Assembly: GCF_006345805.1 (NCBI RefSeq)
Contig: NC_043007.1
Location: 18,414,001-18,478,000, forward strand
Reading direction: 5' to 3'
Length of the DNA stretch: 64,000 nucleotides
Source: Octopus sinensis
Lineage: Eukaryota
In this document: positions 13,490 through 26,638 of the stretch, piece by piece
Layout: every line of letters starts with the position of its first letter
How positions within the stretch are numbered: the first letter of the stretch is position 1
The notes under the pieces: model-generated
The model's database searches: none
Told to the model about the DNA's origin: nothing
What the model saw: only the letters and a program-made list of their open reading frames with translations
Translations under genes and position numbers: made by a program

Positions 13490-13900
13490 ACTGAGTAATT
13501 GTGGTGAATTATGAATTAATATTTGGAGGGCTCCAAACGTGGAGTACTAGCCTTGGTATGAGACACCAGAATCTATTATGGCCCAGAATATCCAGTATGG
13601 TACTTTCCTATTTAACATATAGTGCATGTGGTTGCCTAGGGCTGTGGATGTGCTATGCTCCTCATATTTAAATAAGTTTAGATGTGCAGAATATCTCTGT
13701 TTAAAATGAATAGTAAACCCAATGTAGTAGCTTGTAGAATTATGTAATATGTTGTGGACAATGCATTAGTATACTACATTAAACCTTCTGCAATGGTCTT
13801 GCAGTGGGCATTCAGTCTTGGACTAGCAGTTGTAGCTATCTGTCTTATGTGGCTTAGTTGTAGAAAGGGAAGATGCTGTACTATTTATGGACAAGTTAAA
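13490..13900 (-). mobile_element. Degenerate Penelope-like GIY-YIG endonuclease fragment
   Basis: Minus translation CPLQDHCRRFNVVY-CIVH...SYYIGFTIHFKQRYSAHLNLFKYEEHSTSTALGNHMHYM. Confidence 0.7.
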
Positions 13901-13953
13901 GTTTAGGGTGGTATTAGGGGATTGGCTTGTATTATTATTATTATTGTTGTTGT

Positions 13954-14000
<47 letters not shown>

Positions 14001-14384
14001 TTATCACCATTACCTCTGCCTTAGCGAAGGCAGTGGTATTGTTTTCAGTCATGTTTGTTTGTTTACTTGTCCATAGACAAGATATCTCAAGAATCACTGG
14101 ATGGATTCGGATGAAACTTTTAGGGACGTTTGGCCTTGTGACTGGCATGAACTGATTAGATTTTGAGATCGATCCAGTACCAGACAAGGATTTTGGATTA
14201 TTTTTCCGTTTTTTTTTACCTAATTTTTGAGAGCGGTCAGGTTCACTTTTAGTATTCTCGTTTGTGAGAGTAGTTGAGTTTATTTCAGATATTTTCATTT
14301 TAAAAATCATCTCCAGCTAATTGTTGAGAGGAAGTTGATGTTGCCTTGGCAGAGGTTTTTGCTCTCTGAGTGTGCTCTTGTTGT

Positions 14385-14402
14385 TATTATTATTATTATT
14401 AC

Positions 14403-14469
<67 letters not shown>

Positions 14470-14600
14470 TGTAGTAGTAGTAGTATCATTATTATTATTG
14501 TTGTTGTTGTTGTTGTTGTTGTTATTATTATTATTATTATTATTACTATTATTACTATTATTATTATTATTATTATTATTAATAGTAGTAGTAGTAGTAT

Positions 14601-14631
<31 letters not shown>

Positions 14632-14690
14632 TGTAGTAGTAATAGTTGTATTAGTAGTAGTGGTAGTAGTGGTCGTATTAGAGTTATTAG
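14385..14690. repeat. Compound (AGT)n/(ATT)n/(GTT)n microsatellite
   Basis: Direct inspection. Confidence 0.95.
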
Positions 14691-14699
14691 CATTAGTAG

Positions 14700-15300
14700 T
14701 ACTGCGATCAGTATCAACATTTGTTTTAGCCGTGCACCAAACTTCCTCATAAGCGGGGATCTTCATATCCTGGTTCATTCTGGTCGTTAGTTCTTGGGTT
14801 ACAGGTGTGATATATACTACCATGTCCGGTGTTAGTGCTTTCACCGCATTGACCTATGTTATGATTACATATATTTAGGTTAAAAATATTCGAGTGAGGT
14901 TGTTGCCAGTACCGCCTGTCTGGCCCCGTGCTGGTGGCATGCAAAAAGCACCCACTACACTCTCGGAGTGGTTGGCGTTAGGAAGGGCATCCAGCTGTAT
15001 AAACTCTGCCAGATCAAGAATGGAGCCTGGTGCAACCATCTGGTTCGCCAGCCCTCAGTCAAAATCGTCCAACCCATGCTAGCATGGAAAGCGGACGTTA
15101 AACGATGATGGTGATGATATTTAGGTTAAAAAGGAATTAAATTTACACTTATTGGATGAGGTAACAGTAGATTCTATATCGGGCGGAGAGGAGTAGAATA
15201 ATTTCAGAGCAGAGCTGTTGAAGATTGATCGGTATTTATGGTGATGGGGAAAGTTAGGGTCTTACTATTTGAAAAAAAGGTTTTGGCTAAGCCCTTAATG
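14700..15300 (-). mobile_element. Degenerate Penelope-like linker/endonuclease remnant split by a SINE
   Basis: 15135-15270 minus reads NFPHHHKYRSIFNSSALKLFYSSPPDIESTVTSSNK, matching the PLE linker pattern NFP.HK...IFN...K.SYS..P.I; beyond the SINE, ALTPDMVVYITPVT resembles the VVY motif. Confidence 0.5.
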
Positions 15301-16461
15301 TTTTCAACACTGTGATCATTATCATCATCATCATGATCATTATGATCATCATCATCACCATAATCATCACCTTTGTTGTTGTCGTCGTCATCATCATTCT
15401 TATTATTATTATTACGTGCTTGCTGTTGATTTTAATATGTCTGCCGTTCCCTTGAGATGTCCTATTATGCTTTCCATCCAGTAGAAAAGAAACAAATCAT
15501 AACAACAGAACGAGGCCATCTCTCCTCCATCTCTTTGTCTGAACTACTTTCTCCATTTTCTCTCTTTCTTTATTCTCTGCCATCCATCACAACCAGCAAA
15601 ATAAAGCAACAGCTGGTTCCACCGGTGGATATATTTTTCTCCTTTAGATCAACAACTGCTTCAAAGTAAAGAATATGTGTAGAAAAATTTTGACTGCGAT
15701 AAACAAATGGAAGAGAAACGAAAATTAGGAATACAAACAAAATATATTTCAATAAACAAGCCACGCCTTTTGAACTAGATTGATGCCAATACTTGACTGG
15801 TATTGTTTTATCTACTCTTGGTTTTAAAACGGTTGAAGCTATCTGCCATATCATACATATATATAACTGGCATTCCGTCCGTTACTATGATGAGGGTTAC
15901 ACCTCATCCTTCTGATAAGATCATTTGTTTTGTTAAGTAAAAGTTTTTTGAGATGGAATGGGTATGTCCTTGGGTGATATGCTGAGGAATTGTTTGTCTA
16001 TATTGAGCAATACCTACATTAAGTGCTCTGAAGAGCAATAATAAAGAATATGAGGGGTTTAGTTCACTAGTGGTCTAAACGAATAAGTACATTGAGTAAG
16101 GGCTATAATTAGTCACCTGTTAGGTTCCAAGTTCACAGCTGAGGCTGGAGCTAGGGATCCACATTAGGCTTCCATGTTAGAAGCTACATATTATATTAGA
16201 GGAAGAAGAACAACAAAAACCAAGGCAGGATGAGTATCTCAAGTCATTTAGAATAATTTAATTAGGGTAAGGTGAATTTGAAATCTTACAGCTGTTTCTG
16301 GGCTATCCCAAGTGATAGGCTGGCATAATCAATACCTCAGACACATTAGCATAGACACTAATCACCATAAATCTATCTATTTTCGGTAATGTAATTTCAA
16401 AACAATATCACTACCCGGCTACTCAGTCTGAACTAAATCACAAGACACGTATACTTTGTAG

Positions 16462-16613
16462 TCACTAAAGATAAGTATGAGTGAGAGCATTTTGAAAATC
16501 CCAGGCTCTGATTATTCCTACATCTCTGTCTATTGGCTTGAAATCATTGACAACAAAAATATTACTGCAAAGTTGCATGATAATGATGTTAGACATGGCA
16601 TGCAGACCATCAC
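16462..16613 (+). CDS. Candidate ectodomain exon (SLKISMSESILKIPGSDYSYISVYWLEIIDNKNITAKLHDNDVRHGMQTIT), phase 0 to 2
   Basis: actttgtAG acceptor coincides with an in-frame stop; 50 open codons with an NIT sequon; cac|GTAACT donor followed by a pyrimidine-rich 139-nt intron. Confidence 0.35.
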
Positions 16614-16752
16614 GTAACTTGTTTTCTCCTTCTCTTCCATTATATTTTAACATGCGCATTGTGTTTTGTTTATCTTCTTTTGTTTTATGAATTCAGTGTG
16701 CACAGGTGAATTGTGTGTTCATACTTCTCTTTCCAGTTCCTATTGTTTACAG

Positions 16753-16897
16753 ATCACAACTGCCTCATGAACCTGCGTTCATGAGGAGCACTTTGTGCTC
16801 TGATGGTTGTGAAAAAAGCAACCTCCCCTTCAAACCAAACCTATACCTAATCTATTATATAAAATCTGGTATGTCTGTCTGTGTGTATGTCTTCTAG
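16753..16897 (+). CDS. Candidate exon (SQLPHEPAFMRSTLCSDGCEK...) in phase with 16462-16613; 3' end uncertain, runs into a Helitron 5' end
   Basis: Strong acceptor tctctttccagttcctattgtttacAG (16752), phase 2 matches the preceding donor; frame stays open to 16897. Confidence 0.3.
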
Positions 16898-17040
16898 GAT
16901 CTCAGGCATCCTCCATCTGATTGCTCTCAAATTTGATTTGTAGATACCGACAGTATCAGGGCATGTATGAGTCTGGAAAAAATTACAAAAATCGATTCCA
17001 GGTGAGAATGTGATCGATAAAGCCGTGGGAACGTGCATTT
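16848..17040 (+). mobile_element. Helitron-like 5' fragment
   Basis: Starts a|TCTATTATATAAAA...gtctgtctgtgtgt like the other Helitron 5' ends; no CTAG end seen. Confidence 0.4.
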
Positions 17041-17402
17041 GTAAAATCCTTTTTCTTGGAATAGAAAAAAAGTCTATCTTTATTTCTTCTTTTGCGTCTC
17101 AAATTTAGGTTAAATCAGTGTTCCTCAAAGGGGAGGCCTATGGGACAGTCAGACAAGTTGTTTTGAAAAAATTTGGTTTAAATGTTTGACAACTCAGCAC
17201 ACATAGATATATACATATATATGTATATGACAGGCTTCTTTTAGTTTCCATGTCGCAAACCTGGTCACAAAGCTTTGGTTGGCCCAAGGCTATAGTAGAA
17301 GGCACTTACCCAAGGAGTCATGCAGTAGAACTGAATCTGGAACCATGTGGCTGAGGAGCAAGCTTCTTACCACACAGCCATGCCTGTGCCATATAAATAT
17401 AC

Positions 17403-17446
<44 letters not shown>

Positions 17447-17780
17447 GCAGTGCATCAGCATGGACGCAGCTCTGAGCTGAAACTAGAGAAAAAAAAAATA
17501 TGGTGTAACGGGCATATGGTGTAACAGTAAACAGCGCAGGCTGCTAACCCCAAGATTCCGAGTTTGATTCCAGGCAGTGACCTGAATAATAATAATAATA
17601 ATATAATAATAATAATAATATAATAATAATAATAATATAATAATAATAATAATAACAATGACAATAACAATAACAACAATAACAGCAACAACAACAAAAC
17701 AACAACAAAACAACAACAATAATAATAACGGCATTGGAATAATACCTTAGGAATAAGAACCCAGGTTTGAAATTCCCCAG

Positions 17781-17826
17781 GACACCTGATGAAGGCTGGA
17801 GAGTACATCAGCCGAAATGTTGTGTT
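17781..17826 (+). ncRNA. Hammerhead-like motif of the tRNA-head/PLE family (copies 18854-18899, 20220-20265; minus-strand relatives 4965-5010, 52259-52310; degenerate 6531-6576)
   Basis: GACAC-CUGAUGA-A-GGCUG(loop)CAGCC-GAAA-UG-UU-GUGUU; stem I GACAC/GUGUU; the 52259 copy keeps the ACGU palindrome but has a 6-nt duplication. Confidence 0.55.
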
Positions 17827-18084
17827 AAAAACAAACAAGGATGAGGACAAATGTAAATAATATATATTATATACACACAGACTGTTGGTTGTTTCTTTTC
17901 TTTCTTTGGACTTTTCCCTTTCTCCTTGTAATGAAGAGGTATGAGGTATGCTTGAAACCTCAAACTCTTTCTTTTCACCAAGTTTGAAGCTAACACATTT
18001 CTTGTGAACGTCCTCATGTTGTCTGTTAATTTTATTCATTTATTTAGATTGATTGTTTATTTGAATTGACAATGTATATATACA

Positions 18085-18432
18085 ATAATAGTAAATGGTA
18101 ATAATGTGTTTTGAATGGCACTATATTAACAACAATGGACTATAATAACTGGTGTAATTTAATCATCCAAATTTGGTACAATATTTCGGAATATAAAAAT
18201 TCCTTCTTCAAATATTCCTAGGAATTGATTGAGTCACTGCTATAATCGGTTTTCCAATGTTGGAAAATTGATTGTAGCAGTAACTCGGGCAATCCCTAGG
18301 GATATCTGAAGAAGGAATTTTTATATTCTGAAATATTATACCAAATTTGGATGATTAAATTACACCAGTTATTATAGTCCATTATTTGTATTATAGTGCA
18401 TTATTATGCCATTCAAAACACATTTTTACTAT
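18085..18432. mobile_element. Foldback/MITE, about 350-bp palindrome (copies about 19160-19506 and 20525-20870)
   Basis: Arms such as ggactataataactggtgtaatttaatcatccaaatttggt are reverse complements around ttttccaatgttggaaaa. Confidence 0.75.
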
Positions 18433-18484
18433 TATTATTATCGTTTACAAACAATACATTATGCTTTAAGCGAACTACAATATG

Positions 18485-18520
<36 letters not shown>

Positions 18521-18680
18521 GCAGTGCATCAGCATGGACGCAGCTCTGAGCTGAAACTAGAGAAAAAAAAAATATGGTGTAACGGGCATATGGTGTAACA
18601 GTAAACAGCGCAGGCTGCTAACCCCAAGATTCCGAGTTTGATTCCAGGCAGTGACCTGAATAATAATAATAATAATAATA

Positions 18681-18731
<51 letters not shown>

Positions 18732-19552
18732 TGACAATAACAATAACAACAATAACAGCAACAACAACAAAACAACAACAAAACAACAACAATAATAATA
18801 ACGGCATTGGAATAATACCTTAGGAATAAGAACCCAGGTTTGAAATTCCCCAGGACACCTGATGAAGGCTGGAGAGTACATCAGCCGAAATGTTGTGTTA
18901 AAAACAAACAAGGATGAGGACAAATGTAAATAATATATATTATATACACACAGACTGTTGGTTGTTTCTTTTCTTTCTTTGGACTTTTCCCTTTCTCCTT
19001 TGTAATGAAGAGGTATGAGGTATGCTTGAAACCTCAAACTCTTTCTTTTCACCAAGTTTGAAGCTAACACATTTCTTGTGAACGTCCTCATGTTGTCTGT
19101 TAATTTTATTCATTTATTTAGATTGATTGTTTATTTGAATTGACAATGTATATATACAATAATAGTAAATGGTAATAATGTGTTTTGAATGGCACTATAT
19201 TAACAACAATGGACTATAATAACTGGTGTAATTTAATCATCCAAATTTGGTACAATATTTCGGAATATAAAAATTCCTCTTCAAATATTCCTAGGAATTG
19301 ATTGAGTCACTGCTATAATCGGTTTTCCAATGTTGGAAAATTGATTGTAGCAGTAACTCGGGCAATCCCTAGGGATATCTGAAGAAGGAATTTTTATATT
19401 CTGAAATATTATACCAAATTTGGATGATTAAATTACACCAGTTATTATAGTCCATTATTTGTATTATAGTGCATTATTATGCCATTCAAAACACATTTTT
19501 ACTATTATTATTATCGTTTACAAACAATACATTATGCTTTAAGCGAACTACA

Positions 19553-19590
<38 letters not shown>

Positions 19591-19806
19591 TCATTTACTC
19601 TTTTACTTGTTTCAGTCATTTGACTGTGGCCATGCTGGAGCACCACCTTTAGTCGAGTAAATCGACCCCAGGACTTATTCTTTGTAAGCCTTGTACTTAT
19701 TCTATCAGTCTCTTTTGCCAAACCGCTAAGTTACGGGGACGTAAACACACCGGCATTGGTTGTCAAGCGATGTTGGGGGGACAAACACAGACACACAAAC
19801 AACATG

Positions 19807-19855
<49 letters not shown>

Positions 19856-20021
19856 TATATACTATATATATATATATATATACAATGGCAGTGCATCAGC
19901 ATGGACGCAGCTCTGAGCTGAAACTAGAGAAAAAAAAAATATGGTGTAACGGGCATATGGTGTAACAGTAAACAGCGCAGGCTGCTAACCCCAAGATTCC
20001 GAGTTTGATTCCAGGCAGTGA

Positions 20022-20074
<53 letters not shown>

Positions 20075-20917
20075 TAATAATAATAATAATAATAACAATG
20101 ACAATAACAATAACAACAATAACAGCAACAACAACAAAACAACAACAAAACAACAACAATAATAATAACGGCATTGGAATAATACCTTAGGAATAAGAAC
20201 CAGGTTTGAAATTCCCCAGGACACCTGATGAAGGCTGGAGAGTACATCAGCCGAAATGTTGTGTTAAAAACAAACAAGGATGAGGACAAATGTAAATAAT
20301 ATATATTATATACACACAGACTGTTGGTTGTTTCTTTTCTTTCTTTGGACTTTTCCCTTTCTCCTTTGTAATGAAGAGGTATGAGGTATGCTTGAAACCT
20401 CAAACTCTTTCTTTTCACCAAGTTTGAAGCTAACACATTTCTTGTGAACGTCCTCATGTTGTCTGTTAATTTTATTCATTATTTAGATTGATTGTTTATT
20501 TGAATTGACAATGTATATATACAATAATAGTAAATGGTAATAATGTGTTTTGAATGGCACTATATTAACAACAATGGACTATAATAACTGGTGTAATTTA
20601 ATCATCCAAATTTGGTACAATATTTCGGAATATAAAAATTCCTTCTTCAAATATTCCTAGGAATTGATTGAGTCATGCTATAATCGGTTTTCCAATGTTG
20701 GAAAATTGATTGTAGCAGTAACTCGGGCAATCCCTAGGGATATCTGAAGAAGGAATTTTTATATTCTGAAATATTATACCAAATTTGGATGATTAAATTA
20801 CACCAGTTATTATAGTCCATTATTTGTATTATAGTGCATTATTATGCCATTCAAAACACATTTTTACTATTATTATTATCGTTTACAAACAATACATTAT
20901 GCTTTAAGCGAACTACA

Positions 20918-20948
<31 letters not shown>

Positions 20949-21192
20949 CTCATTTACTCTTTTACTTGTTTCAGTCATTTGACTGTGGCCATGCTGGAGC
21001 ACCACCTTTAGTCGAGTAAATCGACCCCAGGACTTATTCTTTGTAAGCCTTGTACTTATTCTATCAGTCTCTTTTGCCAAACCGCTAAGTTACGGGGACG
21101 TAAACACACCGGCATTGGTTGTCAAGCGATGTTGGGGGGACAAACACAGACACACAAACAACATGTACATACATATATATATATATATATAT

Positions 21193-21231
<39 letters not shown>

Positions 21232-21427
21232 ACGGGCTTCTTTCAGCTTCCGTCCACCAAATCCATTGACAAGGCCTTGGTCGGCCCAAGGTTATAGTAG
21301 AAGACACTTGCCCAAGGTACCACACAGTGGGACTGAACCCAGAACCATGTGGTTGGTAAACAAGCAACTTACCACACAGCCACTCCTACGCCTATAATTA
21401 TAACATAACTATAAAATATTTGTATGA

Positions 21428-21475
<48 letters not shown>

Positions 21476-22349
21476 GTGGTGTGTGTCTTTGTGTCTGCGT
21501 TTGTCCACCACCACCATTCCATTATCACCACTTGACAACCAGTGTTGGTGTGTTTACATCCCTGTAACTTAGTGGTCCAGCTAAAAAGTCAATAGAATAA
21601 GTATCAGGCTTGCTTATAAAAATAAAAATTATGGCATGGGTCTATTCATTTGACTAAAATTCCTCGAGGCATCACCCCAGCATGGCTGGTCACAGTCTAA
21701 TGACTGAAAGAAGTAACAGGTAAAAGATGGCTGCACTAAAACATGTAGAACCACTCACACAACACACAACATACACCCAATACAACCCAGCACAAACACT
21801 ACCCAACAAAATAACCGCATACCTCACATAGAACATAATCTGCACAACAAAGGAAATACTAAAATAACACAAGAATCAGTAAAATACACCTCACATCAAT
21901 CATCATCATCATTATCATCATCGTTTAACATCCGCTTTCCATGCTAGCATGGGTTGGACGATTTGACTGAGGGCTAGCGAACCAGATGACTCCACCAGGC
22001 TTCAATCTTGATCTGGCAGAGTTTCTACAGCTGGATGCCTTTCCTAATGCCAACCACTCCGAGAGTGTAGTGGGTGCTTTTATGTGCTACCGGTACAGGG
22101 CCAGTCAGGCGGTACTGGCAACGACCTTGCTCGAATCTTTTACACATCTCACTGGCACAGGTGCCAGTAAGGCAACGCTGGTAATGATCACGCTCGAATG
22201 GTGTCTTTTACGTGCCATCAGCACAGAGGCCAGATAGCCGCTGTGGCAACGATCATGCTCAGATGGTGCTCTTAAAACCCTACTAGCATGGGGCTCGAGT
22301 GCCAGTAAGGCGATGCTGGTAACGATCGCATTCAAATGGTGCGTTTTAA

Positions 22350-22570
22350 CCCTTTAGCATTTAAACCGGCCATATCCGGCCAAAAGTATTCTGCCTGTTT
22401 TATGTTCAAACTGGCCAGATCTGGTCTCTCACACCAACCCTACAATATTGTTTTAAAAATTAACAGCTACCTCATCAAAATCTCATAGCTACAAGGTAAT
22501 GCATGATTAATTAAAAACAATGTAGATGAAGAAGCATTAATCTTGGCAGAATAATGTGAACACTAAAGGG
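22350..22570. mobile_element. piggyBac-type MITE with TTAA target duplication, inserted in a SINE
   Basis: TTAA-CCCTTTAG...CTAAAGGG-TTAA; SINE sequence resumes on both sides. Confidence 0.8.
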
Positions 22571-23017
22571 TTAAGTGCCACCGGCATGGAAGCTGATTAG
22601 CCGCTCTGTCAACAATCACACTCATATGGTGCTCTTTGCACCCCACTAGCACGGACGCCAGTCATCAAATTTGATTTTGATTTCACTTCCCTCGTTTATG
22701 ATATAAACGCAGTTCTATACATCCAAAAGACAGTGCTACTACTACATAGAGCTCAGAAAGACTGAAGATGCATCTGATGACATTGTAGAAATTTGCAAGC
22801 AACTGTAAAAAATATGATGATAAATAAGAGTGATATTAATTACGAAAAGGTTATGGATGAGCGAACATTGCCAGGATGAATTACAAATATATGATGAGAA
22901 TTTTTTTTATTTTCCACAATGCTATTACAAATACAAAAATATCATGTTTGCTGGCAAAAACAAATATTTTGGAATGTATGTGTGTGTATGTGTTAGTATG
23001 TATATGCATCCAGGTGT

Positions 23018-23057
<40 letters not shown>

Positions 23058-23541
23058 ATGTGTGTGCATGTATGTTTGTATGTGCACATTGAAACAAAAT
23101 GAAAATGTTTAAATATAAAATATAAGCATGGCTGTTTGGTTAAGAAATTTGTTTCCCAACCATACGTTTCAGATTTAGTCCCATTTGTGGCACCTTGGGC
23201 AAGTGTTTGCCACTATATCCTCATGGCAACCAAAACTTTGAGAGTAGATTTGGTAGATAGAAACTGAAGGAAGCCTGCTGTATACCTACATATGTATATA
23301 TCAATGTGTGTGTGTCTTCATGTCTGTGTTTGTTCCCCACCATCACTTGACAACAAGTGTTGATGTGTTTATGTTCCCATAACTTAGTGGTTTGGCAAAA
23401 AAGATCAACAGAATAAGTACTAGGTTTAAAAAAAGTCCTGGGGTCAATTTGTTCAACTAAAAGATAAAAAATAAAAGATATATATATTGAAATAATAATA
23501 TTTCTAAGTCTCTCTAAAGGAAACTATGGCAGCAGTACTGG

Positions 23542-23932
23542 ATATTAATAGTTATCACCAAGCTAATATGGCAGTCCAGAAATATAGGACGAATGCTGCC
23601 ATTGATTAGCTCCAAGGGGCCATTGCCTCTAGCTAGCTATGTGACACACGAACCTGTGTCCATTATAACCTTCGAACAGGGGAGGTTAGCTGCTTCCCCT
23701 TGCTGGTCGTTCGGCTGCTCTGCATTGATAAGGGGCAAATATCCTGAAACTAGTCTGCAGATGCCTGACCAGCAAGGGGAAGTGGCTGACCTCTCCTGTT
23801 CGAAGGTTATAATGGACACAGGTTGTGTGTCACATAGCTAGCTAGAGGCAATGGCCTCTTGGAGCTAATCAAAGGTAGTATTCGTCCTATATTTCTGGAC
23901 TGCCATATTAGCTTGGCGATAACTATTGATAT
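23542..23932. mobile_element. Foldback element with about 165-bp inverted arms
   Basis: Arms about 93% identical as reverse complements, about 60-nt spacer. Confidence 0.8.
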
Positions 23933-24141
23933 ATCATCATCATTAACATCATCATCATATGACGTCTGTTTTCTATGCAGGCATGAGTAGAATGATTTGA
24001 CAAGAATTGGCAAGTCAAAAGACAGCACCAAACTCAGCTATCTGCTTTGACATGGATTCTACCCCTGGATGCCCTTCCTAACACCACCCATGTGTGTGTG
24101 TATATATAATTACATCTATATATGCATATACATACATACGT

Positions 24142-24184
<43 letters not shown>

Positions 24185-24259
24185 GTATACGTATGTATGT
24201 ATATATATATAATATATATATTCACTTTCAAACACACACACATATATATTTATATATAT

Positions 24260-24291
<32 letters not shown>

Positions 24292-24499
24292 ATGTATGTA
24301 TATATGTAGATGTGTATTTATAGTATGCATATGAGTGTGTGTGTGTGTGTGTGGTGTGTGTGTGTGTGTGTGTGTGCACATGCCTATGCGTCTTGTCTTG
24401 ATCTTGTTTGCTACGAGTAAGAGTAAATAAACATCACCAACACAAACTTTGTTTACGTTTTTCATTGAAAAACCTGTTCACTCGTTGTGCTGTTTGTGG

Positions 24500-25345
24500 T
24501 CAAAGGACTTGAGGAAATATAGAGTTCTGTGTCGACCGTTTGGTTCCGTTCAAGCAATTCTTAAAGGATAACCCCTTCCCAGTCCCACCATACGCACAAC
24601 ATCGTTTTACGCAGATGAAGATCTTGTTTCACGCTCGGTGTCGCTTGTTTACCGGGGCTAAGCCATTCCTTGCGCTGCTTCATATTGATGTACAGGCACC
24701 ATTTTTCGTCGCCAGTAACGATTCGGTAAAGATATTGTTGCTTGTGTCCATGAACTGAGTGGTGACGAGCAAACAAACCAGCGGAGATTGTGGCTTGTTG
24801 AGTTTTGATGTTGTCACTTAAAGCATGCGGAACCCATGCTCCATACTTCTGAACCTTTCCCACCAAGTGAAGATGTTTCTCTATAGCAGTGTGGGATCAT
24901 TCCATTTTCTCTGCCACTTCCCTTGTTTCTTGACGAGAATTCTTGTACAAAGGCTGGTTTAATTGCTCTTCATCAAATTCAACTAGATGGCTAGAACGAG
25001 GTACATCTTTGAAGTCAAAATTTCCATTTTTTTAACTTGGCATACCAATCACAAGTGGTTCTTTCAGCTATGGCACCCTCTCCATACACAGCACAAATGT
25101 CACAAGCAGCTTTTGCAGCCTTAGAACCTTGATTAAAATCAAAAAGAAGGTGTATAAAATGCACATTTTTCTTAACTTGACATTCCATTTTAATGATCTG
25201 AAAATAAACAAAAATTAACAAAAATTAACTAGAAAAAAAAATAAAATAAAATAGATTCCAAAAAGATTCAAAAATAGAATTCTCGAAAAAAAATAGATTC
25301 CAAAATTTTAAAAAACAGCGGGAACTTAGTTGCCAACCTAATATT
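24500..25345 (-). mobile_element. Mariner element, 5' TIR plus frameshifted transposase
   Basis: TIR tattaggttggcaactaagttccc; AWVPHALS, RIVTGDEKWCLY and DLHLRKTMLCVWWDWEG motifs. Confidence 0.9.
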
Positions 25346-25536
25346 TACATTAATGAATTTTGTGTTTCCTCTATAAGCTGGAAAAATTGATGTAAAAAAA
25401 CAAAAAGCAAATGATCATGGTGTAATGATAATCATCTGTATAATTGCTTTTAGAAAACTAAATATTTTAACATTTGTCTGCATAACAATTAGGTTACTCA
25501 AAAGTGGTCTAGGTGTCTCAAGCGGAATTACACTCC

Positions 25537-25578
<42 letters not shown>

Positions 25579-26149
25579 TGTTGCTTTCAATCAATTCAAT
25601 GTGTTTTCCATTAAATAAGTTAAGCATGCACATAAGTCAATTATTTGCTGAAAACAAAATATAAGTTTTCTGGGAGTGTAAATTGTTTGCTGACCTCAAA
25701 ACTGAAAAACAACTTGTTGAAGAAAGCAATGAACTGTGAATATAACAATGAAATAAGCCAAATTACTGTGGAATATATGTTGATATTGCTTGCCTTTACA
25801 ATACACACAAGTTGCATTTAATAGGTTCTGACAGCTTCAAAATTCCAGCCTTTATATAACCTTTGTGTGCCTGCATGTATTCTCTTACAAGATAATGGTG
25901 CTATGCGTACCCTGGTTTCGGAAATCCCTGCAATAAAACACAATCTGCACACCCTCAATGAGCAGTTTATATTTGGTGTCAGGTGGAAGAAAGCCAAATA
26001 TAAAAAAAATATGAGTTAGATAGTAGGTTGAAAGATAATATCAGAGATGCATGATAGAGATAACAGACTGCTTTAGGATCAATGATTTCATTTTCCCCAC
26101 CACTAGCTCAGGTATGTGTACATCATCACCATCATTTTTATCATCAATG

Positions 26150-26189
<40 letters not shown>

Positions 26190-26638
26190 GTAATGACCCT
26201 TTGCCATGCTGGCATAGCCTGGAAAGTTTTACAAGAACTGATGAACTATAAAAGCTGTGTTTAGCTCCAGTGTAAGCTTTCACATGGTTTCGGTGGTTGG
26301 ATGCCAACCATGTCATAGTGTGCTCTGGGTACATTTTTCCTTACACTAACCACATTACAGTGTGCATTGGGTGTGTTTTTCTTTTTCTTTATGCTAACCA
26401 AATTACAGTGTGCAGTGTGTGCATTTTTGCTAGCACCAGCCTCTTTACAATGCACACTCAGGAGATCCCCAAATAATTTACAAGACCGGAAAAGAATAAG
26501 AAAGCCTCCCTCAAACTAAAAGGCTGAGAAAATTGGAGAGGGAGAGATGTCTTTATGTCGAGTGTTGTGGGAGCTAAAGTATGAGAAGCAGACAAGTAGA
26601 GGTGTCTTGCTATAAAGAAGTTACATGGTTACCTATGT

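Larger units (their letters stand above)
17441..21228. repeat. Tandem triplication, units of about 1074, 1367 and 1347 bp
   Basis: Each unit starts acaatggcagtgcatcagc (17441, 18515, 19882); boundaries lie in (TA)n. Confidence 0.9.

Noticed and set aside
14317-14858. Minus-strand terminal exon candidate with tempting PAYEEV or GYEDP motifs
   Set aside because: It continues the Penelope linker remnant at 15135-15270 across a SINE with a clear TSD and includes a VVY-like motif, so a TE remnant is the simpler reading.
15570-15854. Minus ORF with a TM-like stretch
   Set aside because: The hydrophobic segment is a pyrimidine tract; no convincing donor or homology.
16280-16360. Hammerhead half-sites (GAAACAGCUGUA here; GAAACUCUGAGUA at 28824-28836)
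   Set aside because: The 3' half is recognisable but the CUGANGA box is degenerate; counted only as decayed PLE tails.
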